Positions 19,898 through 28,772 of a stretch of DNA of 64,000 nt are shown here, piece after piece; the first letter of the stretch is position 1; each line of letters opens with the position of its first letter. Position numbers and translations under genes: made by a program. The stretch is from Candidatus Saccharimonadia bacterium (GTDB lineage Bacteria; Patescibacteriota; Saccharimonadia; UBA4664; SCTI01), in contig JBKJLI010000003.1 of assembly GCA_046597065.1 (NCBI GenBank), forward strand, positions 221,151 through 285,150, read 5' to 3'. The notes under the pieces were generated by a model. It searched no databases. It was given only the letters and a program-made list of their open reading frames with translations, and had not been told where the DNA came from.

Positions 19898-22774
19898 ATG
19901 GATTTAGAGTCACTCAATCCGGTACAGCGCCAGGCCGTAAAACATGTCGATGGCCCCGTTTTGGTGTTAGCCGGTGCCGGAACTGGTAAAACCCATCTGA
20001 TAACATCGCGTATCGGCTATCTAATACTTGAAAAAAAAGTTCCAGCTGAACGCATTGTGGCGCTGACCTTTACCGATAAGGCGGCTCGCGAGATGGAAGA
20101 ACGGGTTGATTCCATGCTCCCGTATGGTATGACCGATACCCGTATCACCACCTTTCACTCATTTGGTGAGCGGATTTTAGGACAGTATGCTCATGACATT
20201 GGACTGCCTCTCAATCTGAAACTGTTGACAAAATCTCAACAGTTAGTGTGGTTAAGGCAGCATATCGACCAGCTTGGCCTTGATTACTATGCACCAACTG
20301 GTGATCCCGGTAGCTATTTGGGCAGTTTAAGTAGTTACTTTTCGCGCCTTGCTGATGAGTTGGTAGATGAAAAGCGGTATCGGGAATACCTGTCAGCTCT
20401 AAAATTGGCCGCCAAAGATGATGCCTCGAAGTTAGAACTAACCCGCCATAACGAGCTGCTAGAGTCTTATCTGTTGTACCAGCAGCTTAAGCGTGAGCAA
20501 GGACTGATCGACTACGATGATCAGGTTGGCTTGGTTGTACAACTGTTCGAAACCCGTCCAAATGCACTTAAAGCTGTCCAGTCAGAGATAGATTATTTGA
20601 TGGTTGATGAGTTTCAAGACACTAACCGGGTCCAAAACCGCTTGCTTGAACTACTAGCCGGCTCAACTGGCAATCTGATGGTTGTAGGCGATGATGACCA
20701 AAGTATCTACCGCTTTCGAGGTGCTGCTATCAGTAACATTATGGAGTTTGGCCAGCATTTTAAAAGCCCAGAGAGCCTAGTTTTAACCGAGAACTACCGC
20801 TCAACTCAAGAGGTGCTTGATACGGCTTATCGGCTTATTCAGCACAACAACCCCGATCGTCTCGAAGCCAAGCAAGGCTTAAGCAAGTACCTGACGGCAC
20901 AAAGTAGTGGGCCAATGCCAGTGGTACTGGTTTTGCCAACTTTTAGTCTAGAGGCCGATGCCATCGCCAGCGATATTAAGCGTCGCATTGAACTGGGGCA
21001 ATCGCCAGATAGTATCGCCATTCTCTTGCGTAAAAAGAATCAGGCAGACAGCATAAGCTACGCTTTACGCCGCCATGGTGTTGATTATCACTTTAGCGAC
21101 AGCCAAAGCTTGTATGATCAGCCCGAAATCGCTTCTATATTACACTTCTTGCAAGTATTAACCGACCCAACCGATTCTAAAGCTCTTTATCATCTGTTGG
21201 CGAGTGATGTTGTAAAAATAAATCTGGCGTTATTAATGCAACAATCGGCTTTGGCGCGACGCCAAAACCATACTTTAGAACAACATTTAAGACTAGCCAG
21301 CGCCGACGATTTGGGCGATGAATCGACGGCAATCGGCCACTTTTTAAGCCAGCTTGATATCTGGCGCCAGCAGACTAAGCGACTCTCGGCCGGAGAACTG
21401 CTGTTCCAGTTTTGTGATGATACCGGCTTAATTAAAAAACTTGTTCAGGAGGCCAACGAAAATCCCGCGGCTGCCAATCAGGTTAAGAACGTTGGGCGCC
21501 TGTTTGCTATTGCCAGCGAGTTTGAACAGGTTACCACCGACCGTTCACCAATTGCCTTTGCCCAAGCCGTGGCCGATTTGCGCTCGGCGGGGGAGGAGCC
21601 TGAAGCCACCGACCCCGAAGCGGTTGCCGACCAGGTAAGAATTATGACCATCCATAAGTCTAAGGGCCTCGAATTTGATGTTGTATATATCTTTGATTTA
21701 ACCAAGGGCAGCTTTCCAGGAGCGAATCGCAGGCCGGCGATCGACCTTCCTCCCGAACTCGCCAGCAGTCATCAAGACCCGGCCACCGCACACCTGCAAG
21801 AGGAGCGGCGCTTAATGTACGTAGCTATGACCCGTGCTAAAACCGATCTGATTATGACCTATTCGCCAGATCACGGCGGTAAACTGGCCAAAAAACCATC
21901 GCCATTTATTGCTGAGGCACTAGGGGTAGAGCCACCCACTTTGGATCCTTCGTCAAACCAGACCGCCTCGATTCAACAGGAGTTGGAGCTGTTTCGGCCC
22001 ACCCCAATGGCCCATCTGTCGGATCGTTGGTCACCAGATTCAACCATCACTCTTACCCCTCACCAAATTGACGACTACCTAAGTTGCCCAGCCAACTTTC
22101 ATTACCGACACGTTTTGATGGTGCCTGAGCCACCAGTACCGGCCTTAATGTATGGAAACCTCATCCACGCCGCTATAGGCCGCTTCTACGCCTTAGAACG
22201 AGCCAAAACGCTTATGCTAGAGCCGCTGATAGGGATGGTCGACAGTCTGTGGCGTAGCGATGGCTTTATTTCGGAGGGGCAAGAGGCAAAGCGGCGCAAG
22301 CAGGCTAGCCAAACTATCGAGCAGTTTTATAACCGAGAAGGCGATACCAAGCGCCGCCCGCGACACATCGAGCGCTCATTCGAGATTAAGCTCGATGATA
22401 TTGATGTAGTAGTCCGAGGTCGCATTGATGCGGTTTACGTTGAGGGCGACCAGATTGAGATCCGCGATTACAAAACCAGTGCCGTAACTGATCAAAAGAA
22501 GGCCGATGCTAAAGCCAAGTCTAGCGTTCAGCTGCTAATTTACGCCCTGGCTTGGAATCAGCTTACCGGTCAACTTCCAACCAAGCTGACGCTAGATTTT
22601 GTCGATACCGGGCTAATGGGTAGTTTTGTGCCGACTCTAGCCGATCTTGATAAAACTCGTCAACAAATTGCCATAGTGGCAAAAGGCATACGCAACGGCG
22701 AATTTAGTGCAAGCGGCAACTGTTTTTACTGCTCGCATCCTAAAACACCTATTGGAACTGAGGCTTCAAAGTGA
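19898..22774 (+). CDS. UvrD/PcrA-type helicase with C-terminal PD-(D/E)XK nuclease (AdnA/B-like)
   Basis: AGAGTGKT, VDEFQD, TIHKSKGLEF, EERRL, GRID...DYKT. Confidence 0.9.
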   Translation: MDLESLNPVQRQAVKHVDGPVLVLAGAGTGKTHLITSRIGYLILEKKVPAERIVALTFTDKAAREMEERVDSMLPYGMTDTRITTFHSFGERILGQYAHDIGLPLNLKLLTKSQQLVWLRQHIDQLGLDYYAPTGDPGSYLGSLSSYFSRLADELVDEKRYREYLSALKLAAKDDASKLELTRHNELLESYLLYQQLKREQGLIDYDDQVGLVVQLFETRPNALKAVQSEIDYLMVDEFQDTNRVQNRLLELLAGSTGNLMVVGDDDQSIYRFRGAAISNIMEFGQHFKSPESLVLTENYRSTQEVLDTAYRLIQHNNPDRLEAKQGLSKYLTAQSSGPMPVVLVLPTFSLEADAIASDIKRRIELGQSPDSIAILLRKKNQADSISYALRRHGVDYHFSDSQSLYDQPEIASILHFLQVLTDPTDSKALYHLLASDVVKINLALLMQQSALARRQNHTLEQHLRLASADDLGDESTAIGHFLSQLDIWRQQTKRLSAGELLFQFCDDTGLIKKLVQEANENPAAANQVKNVGRLFAIASEFEQVTTDRSPIAFAQAVADLRSAGEEPEATDPEAVADQVRIMTIHKSKGLEFDVVYIFDLTKGSFPGANRRPAIDLPPELASSHQDPATAHLQEERRLMYVAMTRAKTDLIMTYSPDHGGKLAKKPSPFIAEALGVEPPTLDPSSNQTASIQQELELFRPTPMAHLSDRWSPDSTITLTPHQIDDYLSCPANFHYRHVLMVPEPPVPALMYGNLIHAAIGRFYALERAKTLMLEPLIGMVDSLWRSDGFISEGQEAKRRKQASQTIEQFYNREGDTKRRPRHIERSFEIKLDDIDVVVRGRIDAVYVEGDQIEIRDYKTSAVTDQKKADAKAKSSVQLLIYALAWNQLTGQLPTKLTLDFVDTGLMGSFVPTLADLDKTRQQIAIVAKGIRNGEFSASGNCFYCSHPKTPIGTEASK

Positions 22775-23286
22775 GCGATATAAATACAGTTCGATTAGCG
22801 TCATCTGATCAGCCGGAACTACGTGACGATATCTGGCTGCAAGAGTTGCTCGATGCCACTTGGGATAAGCACTTTAGTGAGGTTCCGCAAGCCAATATAG
22901 TGCGGATCGTTTTTGGCAAACGGGCTAAGCGTCAGCTGGGGTCAATCCGCCTCGATCGTAAAGATCCCAGCGTTACTATCATCACGATGAATGGGCTATT
23001 CCGTCATATCGAGATTCCAAGTGAGATCGTGCAGGCCACTTTGGTGCACGAGTTGATTCACTACGCCCACGGTTTTAATTCGCCTCTAGAGCAGCAACAT
23101 AAGCACCCCCACGCCGGTGGCGTCATCCGTCAAGAGTACGCCGAGCGTGGACTAGAGCAAATGTATCTTGATCAAAAAAAGTGGCTCAAGGCCAACTGGC
23201 CAGGTGTAGTTAATCGCCATTTAGGTTCATACCACCCCAAACCAAGGCGTCGAGGGAGCGTTATTCGCAAGCCATTCTGGCTGTAA
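22771..23286 (+). CDS. SprT-like zinc metallopeptidase
   Basis: HELIH (HExxH) plus downstream H. Confidence 0.7.
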   Translation: MSDINTVRLASSDQPELRDDIWLQELLDATWDKHFSEVPQANIVRIVFGKRAKRQLGSIRLDRKDPSVTIITMNGLFRHIEIPSEIVQATLVHELIHYAHGFNSPLEQQHKHPHAGGVIRQEYAERGLEQMYLDQKKWLKANWPGVVNRHLGSYHPKPRRRGSVIRKPFWL

Positions 23287-23349
23287 AATTGGCAGCCGTA
23301 TCTTAAGCAGCTATAATCTATTCCCAATGACTACGCCAAGGTACCAGCC

Positions 23350-24084
23350 ATAAAAATCATTCAACTCAACTTGTGGGGTGGTCGGTTATTTCACTCGATT
23401 GATCACTTTCTTAAAAACCATGTTGCCGATATTGTTTGTGTTCAAGAAGCTTTAAGCTATAAAGACGGTAAAGATTTTGCCTTTTTGGGTAGCATCGAGC
23501 GGTTTGCTCGTATTGGTGGCTATAAGTACATTGCTTTCGCACCAGTCTATGACTTTTCTTATCTCAATGGACGGGCCCAATTTGGCAACGCTATTTTAAG
23601 TCGTCACCCCCTTACCGACATCAAGACCATTTTTACTCGAGGTGAGCTACTACCTAATATGAATTTTGATATTGCAGATCACAACGTACGCAACTTTATC
23701 TCCGCGAAAGTTAAAGTTAACGGTAAAAGCTACAACATCATCAACCACCATGGACACGTTGTGCACGAACATAAGAATGGCACTGCAGAAACCACCCGAC
23801 AGATGAAGATGATTGCCGACTACTTAGATTCACTCACAGGCAAAATCGTTTTTTGCGGAGATCTAAATATTATTCCTAATAGTCCGTCTCTTGAGCCGCT
23901 AAATCAGCGATTACGTAATTTAACAGCCGAGTATAAGCTGGAGACTACTCGTACTGAATTAACTGTTCTCGATGAGCCTTGCGATTATATTTTTGTAAGT
24001 AAGGATATTGAAGTCGCAACATTTAGGGCGCTTCCAGATTTAGTATCTGATCATATGCCATTATTGGCAGAGCTGGACTCTTAA
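23350..24084 (+). CDS. endonuclease/exonuclease/phosphatase (EEP) family protein
   Basis: KIIQLN, DIVCVQE, GNAILSR, GDLN, DYIF, SDH; start uncertain (ATA 23350 or TTG 23371). Confidence 0.85.
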   Translation: MKIIQLNLWGGRLFHSIDHFLKNHVADIVCVQEALSYKDGKDFAFLGSIERFARIGGYKYIAFAPVYDFSYLNGRAQFGNAILSRHPLTDIKTIFTRGELLPNMNFDIADHNVRNFISAKVKVNGKSYNIINHHGHVVHEHKNGTAETTRQMKMIADYLDSLTGKIVFCGDLNIIPNSPSLEPLNQRLRNLTAEYKLETTRTELTVLDEPCDYIFVSKDIEVATFRALPDLVSDHMPLLAELDS

Positions 24085-24092
24085 ATAATTCC

Positions 24093-24169
24093 TGGTCGGG
24101 GTGAGAGGACTCGAACCTCCGACCTCAGCAACCCGAATGCTGCACGCTAGCCAACTGCGCCACACCCCG
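24093..24169 (-). tRNA. tRNA-Pro(CGG)
   Basis: Cloverleaf, anticodon arm CAGCA-TTCGGGT-TGCTG, encoded CCA. Confidence 0.95.
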
Positions 24170-24295
24170 ACAACAGGTGTAATCATAGCTTAAAGACCAC
24201 TTTAAGCCTAGTCCGTAAACGTCGAAACGCCCCGACCCGGTAAGGGTCAGGGCGTCAGGTGGCCTAGCCAAGATGTACAATCGGGCGTTGGTTTG

Positions 24296-24550
24296 TCAGT
24301 CGAAATTGCGAGGGTTAGTGCCGGGCGGAAGCCTGGAATCACCATCGCCCCGATCGCTGCGTCTACCTGGTGAAATCTTCGCGCGACCGGATTCGGTCTT
24401 ACTGGATTTGCGACCGATTGGGCGAGACTTTAGCTCAAACTCCTTCAATACAACCGTTGTCATCTCGCCACATCCTGGGCAGGGCTGTCCTCTGCGTAGG
24501 TTACGTGCTGGTTCGTTGCACTTTACACAGACATGCCGTTTTACGATCAT
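24296..24550 (-). CDS. small zinc-ribbon protein with basic tail
   Basis: CVKC...CPGC; GGAG SD; extended -10 TGtTATAAT upstream; hairpin 24228-24254 downstream. Confidence 0.6.
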   Translation of the reverse strand: MIVKRHVCVKCNEPARNLRRGQPCPGCGEMTTVVLKEFELKSRPIGRKSSKTESGRAKISPGRRSDRGDGDSRLPPGTNPRNFD

Positions 24551-24737
24551 GCTTACTCCAAGAGTAGTAGGTGCCTTGTCTGCTTAGTATTATAACATAT
24601 GTGACATTGTAAATCCAACAACGAGTTGCATATACTACAGATCGCAAATAATATTTTAGAAAGTATATATATGCGTTAGCGCAATAATATATTTGAGACT
24701 ATAGTAAAAACCGAACGAATACCGTACAATTTCTGAT

Positions 24738-25787
24738 ATGGAAATCATCACAGCTGCCGTGATTCTTGCTGCTGCAATCCTGATTGCGGTTGGTGCATTG
24801 GTGTTGGTTCGCCGCCGCCCAGCTACCAGCAGCGATGGGCACTTGTTGCTCCAGGAGCAATTAGCCAAGTTGACCGAGAGGGTAGATGATCGATTAGATA
24901 AATCTAATGCCCATATGCAAGAAACTATGCGCCAACAGTTTAGGGAGTCTTCTAAGCTGATCACCGAAGTCACAGAGGGACTGGTTAAGCTGCAAAAGGG
25001 GAATGAACAGGTTGTTGATGTGGCAGAACGGTTACAGACCTTGCAAAATGTACTTCAGAACCCAAAGCAACGAGGAGTTCTCGGTGAGTATTATTTACAA
25101 CAAGTGCTTGAAAACACCTTAGCCCCGGCTCAGTTTGCTCTGCAACACAAGTTTAACAATGGCGATACCGTTGATGCGGTGATTTTTTTGGATAAGAATA
25201 AGCTCTTACCCGTTGATTCCAAGTTCTCGCTAGAAAACTACAACCGCTTAGTTGATGAAAAAAACGCAGCTAACCGAGAAGCCTTAATTAAATCCTTTAA
25301 GACCGATCTAAAGACGCGAATTGATGAAACCTCAAAATATATTCGCCCAGATGAGGGAACTATGGACTTTGCCTTTATGTTCATTCCGTCTGAAGCAATC
25401 TATTATGATCTGTTAATTAACAAGGTTGGAACGGTTCAAACCAACTCTCGCGATCTGATCGAGTACGCCTTTCGTGATAAGCATGTGGTAATTGTGTCGC
25501 CAACTTCGTTTATGGCTTACTTGCAAACCGTGTTACAGGGATTGCGCTCACTTCAAATCGAAGAGCAAGCCAAGGAGATTCAAGTACGAGTAGGTCAGTT
25601 AGGGCGACATTTGCAAAGTTACGATCAGTTCATGCAAAAGCTCGGCAATTCACTCGGCACTACTGTTGGTCATTTTAACAACGCCCATAAAGAGCTAAAA
25701 AAGGTTGATAAAGACATTGTTAAAATCGCCGATAGCTCACCCGTAGTCGAAGCGCTACTAGTCGACAAGCCGACCGTAGACGAGTAG
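24738..25787 (+). CDS. rmuC: DNA recombination protein RmuC
   Basis: RGVLGE, PVDSKF, KYI, DFAFMFIPSEAIY, SPT. Confidence 0.9.
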   Translation: MEIITAAVILAAAILIAVGALVLVRRRPATSSDGHLLLQEQLAKLTERVDDRLDKSNAHMQETMRQQFRESSKLITEVTEGLVKLQKGNEQVVDVAERLQTLQNVLQNPKQRGVLGEYYLQQVLENTLAPAQFALQHKFNNGDTVDAVIFLDKNKLLPVDSKFSLENYNRLVDEKNAANREALIKSFKTDLKTRIDETSKYIRPDEGTMDFAFMFIPSEAIYYDLLINKVGTVQTNSRDLIEYAFRDKHVVIVSPTSFMAYLQTVLQGLRSLQIEEQAKEIQVRVGQLGRHLQSYDQFMQKLGNSLGTTVGHFNNAHKELKKVDKDIVKIADSSPVVEALLVDKPTVDE

Positions 25788-25791
25788 GATT

Positions 25792-26796
25792 ATGCCTATG
25801 AAGCGCGTTTTATCTGGCATTAAATCTAGCGGCGACGTTACCTTGGGTAACTACCTGGGGGCCATCAAGCGCTGGGTAGAGCAGCAACCCCAAATCGGCA
25901 GCAAAGTTGAGGAGCACTTTTACTTTGTGCCCAACCTACATGCCTTAACCACGCGGCCAAGCCCTAGCGTGTTGCATCATGACACGCTATCTAGCGTCGC
26001 CTGGCTACTGGCTGCCGGCATCGACCCAGCTAAGGTCACACTGTTCGTGCAGTCACAGGTAAAGGCTCACAGCGAGCTGTCGTGGATTTTTAGTAACTAT
26101 GTCACTATGGGCGAGCTAAACCGTATGACCCAGTTTAAGGATAAATCTAAGAAGAGCAGTTCTGAGGGCCAGTTGGTAGGTATGTACACCTACCCAGTGC
26201 TGATGGCGGCCGATATTTTGCTATATGACACCGATGAAGTACCGGTGGGAGATGATCAGAAACAGCATGTTGAGCTGACTCGTGATATCGCCGAACGGTT
26301 TAATAATCTGTACGGCACTATTTTTAAGGTTCCGCAACCGGTAGTGCCAGAGGTTGGCGCGAGGGTAATGAACTTGCAAGACCCAACCAGTAAAATGAGC
26401 AAAAGCGATGAAGATAGTTCAGGTAATATTCTCCTGACTGATAGTAGTGAGGTGATCCGCCAAAAAATTCAACGGGCGGTTACCGACTCTGGTAACGAGG
26501 TAAAGTTGGGTAAAGATAAACCAGCCCTAAACAACCTCATCGAGATCTTTGCGGTTACTACTAACCAATCAACTGCCGCAATTGAGCACCAGTTTGCAGG
26601 TGGGGGATACGGCGACTTTAAGAAAGCCTTGGCGGATGCCGTTGTTGAGCACTTGGAACCAATCCAGCACCGCCACCAGAAACTAATGAATGACAACCCT
26701 AAGCTATTGGCTATTTTAGACGATGGGCGAGCCAGGGCTACGGCAATAGCCGAAGCCAAACTCTCCCAGGTTAAGCATACGCTTGGCCTGTTGTAA
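25792..26796 (+). CDS. trpS: tryptophan--tRNA ligase
   Basis: SG..TLGNYLGA, YPVLMAADIL, VPVGDDQKQH, KMSKS. Confidence 0.95.
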   Translation: MPMKRVLSGIKSSGDVTLGNYLGAIKRWVEQQPQIGSKVEEHFYFVPNLHALTTRPSPSVLHHDTLSSVAWLLAAGIDPAKVTLFVQSQVKAHSELSWIFSNYVTMGELNRMTQFKDKSKKSSSEGQLVGMYTYPVLMAADILLYDTDEVPVGDDQKQHVELTRDIAERFNNLYGTIFKVPQPVVPEVGARVMNLQDPTSKMSKSDEDSSGNILLTDSSEVIRQKIQRAVTDSGNEVKLGKDKPALNNLIEIFAVTTNQSTAAIEHQFAGGGYGDFKKALADAVVEHLEPIQHRHQKLMNDNPKLLAILDDGRARATAIAEAKLSQVKHTLGLL

Positions 26797-26875
26797 TTAT
26801 CTGATATAAAACCCCAAAAATATCACTTAGATATGCACTAAAGCACTATTTACAACACATAATTACAGAGTACTG

Positions 26876-26905
26876 TTGACTTTTTTATATTGCTTATGCT
26901 AATAT
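26876..26905 (+). promoter_or_regulatory. sigma70 promoter of second ncRNA candidate
   Basis: TTGACT-18-TAATAT with extended TG. Confidence 0.7.
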
Positions 26906-26910
26906 GTGAG

Positions 26911-27327
26911 CATATTCAAAGGGTGCTTTGAATTCGAACCACTTCACAACCGAAATTATCCAGCTTTCACACCGACCAGTAAATGGTAGGACCGGCCCGG
27001 ACTTAGAGGTATCCCCCTTACTTTCTAAATCCGGACCTGTCCTACTGTTTTAGAGACACTCTTGCAACCAAATGTCTCGCTGGCTCTCGGAAAGATCCTG
27101 GCCGTGACCTTACGGTCGTGGTCAGTTACTTTCCGAGATACCTCACGATGGTAGTGATTGCACCTGTCTGCAACTTGCAGACTCCCAACCGAACCTCTTT
27201 GCTTCCTCCGGATGTAAGGACGTTCCTCGGGGCGACGGGCGCCAACTAAGTAATACAAGTCGGGCGGATCCTTGTCGCCCCGTTTACTTTTTCATTATCC
27301 CTCCCGCTGCCAGTCAGCGGGTTTTTT
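26911..27327 (+). ncRNA. structured ncRNA candidate (~415 nt), family unknown
   Basis: Serial hairpins 26981-26992/27039-27050, 27085-27094/27129-27138, 27098-27109/27114-27125, 27228-27239/27271-27282; G-U pairs on +; ends in a terminator. Confidence 0.7.
27303..27327 (+). terminator. intrinsic terminator
   Basis: CCCGCTG-ccagt-CAGCGGG followed by TTTTTT. Confidence 0.85.
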
Positions 27328-27366
27328 GATTGAACCAGATGGGCTTTTTTGCCATAATGAGCACAA

Positions 27367-27750
27367 GTGAAAGAGGTTTATGTGGCAAGCGGCTACACTC
27401 GAACAGTTACATCAATCGGGCTAGTTGCCACAATTATCGTGGCGCTATTACTGTTAGTGACTAACCCAGCCATGGTCGGACCGCTAGGTGTTACAGCTTG
27501 GTTTCTAGCTTTACTAGTGGCTTTAAGCAGTTGGTTTGCCTTGGTAGCCTACTGGCTGGGGCAGCATCTACCATTTATGCGCTCATCCGAACATGACCAA
27601 GGTGATAGTCGTCGCCGAGGCCTTTTTTTGGGTGGTTTTGTGGTGATTATGCTCGGCCTAAGTAGCCTTCATCAGCTTGGAGTACGAGATGCATTACTAT
27701 TAGGGTTACTCTTGTTGTTGGTCGAGTTCTACGTGGTGGCGCGACGATGA
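27367..27750 (+). CDS. 4-TM hypothetical membrane protein
   Basis: Hydrophobic 127 aa; ATGA overlap with pheS. Confidence 0.75.
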   Translation: MKEVYVASGYTRTVTSIGLVATIIVALLLLVTNPAMVGPLGVTAWFLALLVALSSWFALVAYWLGQHLPFMRSSEHDQGDSRRRGLFLGGFVVIMLGLSSLHQLGVRDALLLGLLLLLVEFYVVARR

Positions 27751-28772
27751 GTAAAACTGACAACGACGGGTTGCTAACCAGTCTGGGTGAGCAGCTTGAG
27801 CAGGCCAACGGTACTCAGCAACTCGATAAGTTAAGGGTTGAGTATTTGGGGCGACAGGGCAGCATCACCAAGTTATTACGCGAGCTAGGAACGCTACCAG
27901 CCAATCAGAGAGCCGCAGAGGGGGCCAAGTTGAACGCTATACGGGTAGAAGCCGAGAAACTATTTAACAAGCACCTGGTACGACTTGAGGGCGCAAACTT
28001 AGCGCAATCCGCTTCCGATATAACTTTAGACGTCACTGCGCCGGTTGAACTGCCCCTAGCCCGAGGTCACGCCCACCCGGTATTAAGCATTATTGATGAC
28101 GCCGTGCGCACTTATTGGCAGCTGGGATTTACCGTAATTGATGGCCCCGAGATCGAAAACGAATGGTACAACTTTGAGGCACTTAACATTCCGGTAGGCC
28201 ACCCGGCGCGAGATCTGCAGGACACTTTTTACCTCGATGGTGGCAATTTGCCTCGCACTCACACCTCTAATCTGCAAATTCGCTACATGGAAGAACACAA
28301 ACCACCGATACGGATCGTTTCACCGGGAAAGGCCTATCGCAATGAAGATGAAGATGCTCGCCACGTATGGATGTTTCATCAGATAGAGGGCTTGGTTGTA
28401 GATGAGGGTGTGACCTTGGCCGACCTTAAGGGCACGCTACTTGCAATGATGCAGGGCTTACTTGGTGAAGGCACTCAAGTGCGCCTACGGCCCAATTACT
28501 TTCCGTATGTAGAGCCGGGAGTAGAGCTCGATGCCACTTGTGTAATCTGTAGAGGCAAAGGTTGTAAGACTTGCTCGGGTACCGGTTGGCTAGAGCTGGG
28601 AGGGGCCGGCATGGTACATCCCCAAGTTTTACTCAACGTTGGCATTGATCCCACCAAGTACAGTGGTTTTGCCTTTGGGTTTGGGCTAGAGCGAATCGCC
28701 GCAATAAAACACAACGTCGCCGATATACGAGAGTTTTGGCGGCCTAACCTTAACTTTTTGGAGCACTTTTAA
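27747..28772 (+). CDS. pheS: phenylalanine--tRNA ligase alpha subunit
   Basis: NFEALNIP..HPARDLQDTFY, RTHTS, FHQIEG, YFPYVEP, GFAFGFGLER. Confidence 0.96.
   Translation: MSKTDNDGLLTSLGEQLEQANGTQQLDKLRVEYLGRQGSITKLLRELGTLPANQRAAEGAKLNAIRVEAEKLFNKHLVRLEGANLAQSASDITLDVTAPVELPLARGHAHPVLSIIDDAVRTYWQLGFTVIDGPEIENEWYNFEALNIPVGHPARDLQDTFYLDGGNLPRTHTSNLQIRYMEEHKPPIRIVSPGKAYRNEDEDARHVWMFHQIEGLVVDEGVTLADLKGTLLAMMQGLLGEGTQVRLRPNYFPYVEPGVELDATCVICRGKGCKTCSGTGWLELGGAGMVHPQVLLNVGIDPTKYSGFAFGFGLERIAAIKHNVADIREFWRPNLNFLEHF

Noticed and set aside
27218-27228. RNase P-like GAGGAACGTCC on the minus strand
   Set aside because: No matching 3' P4 strand; G-U pairs, promoter and terminator all indicate + strand transcription.
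26911-27327. T-box leader for pheST
   Set aside because: No GGTGGNACC T-box or AGAGA/GNTG stem I motifs, and an intervening gene has its own -10.
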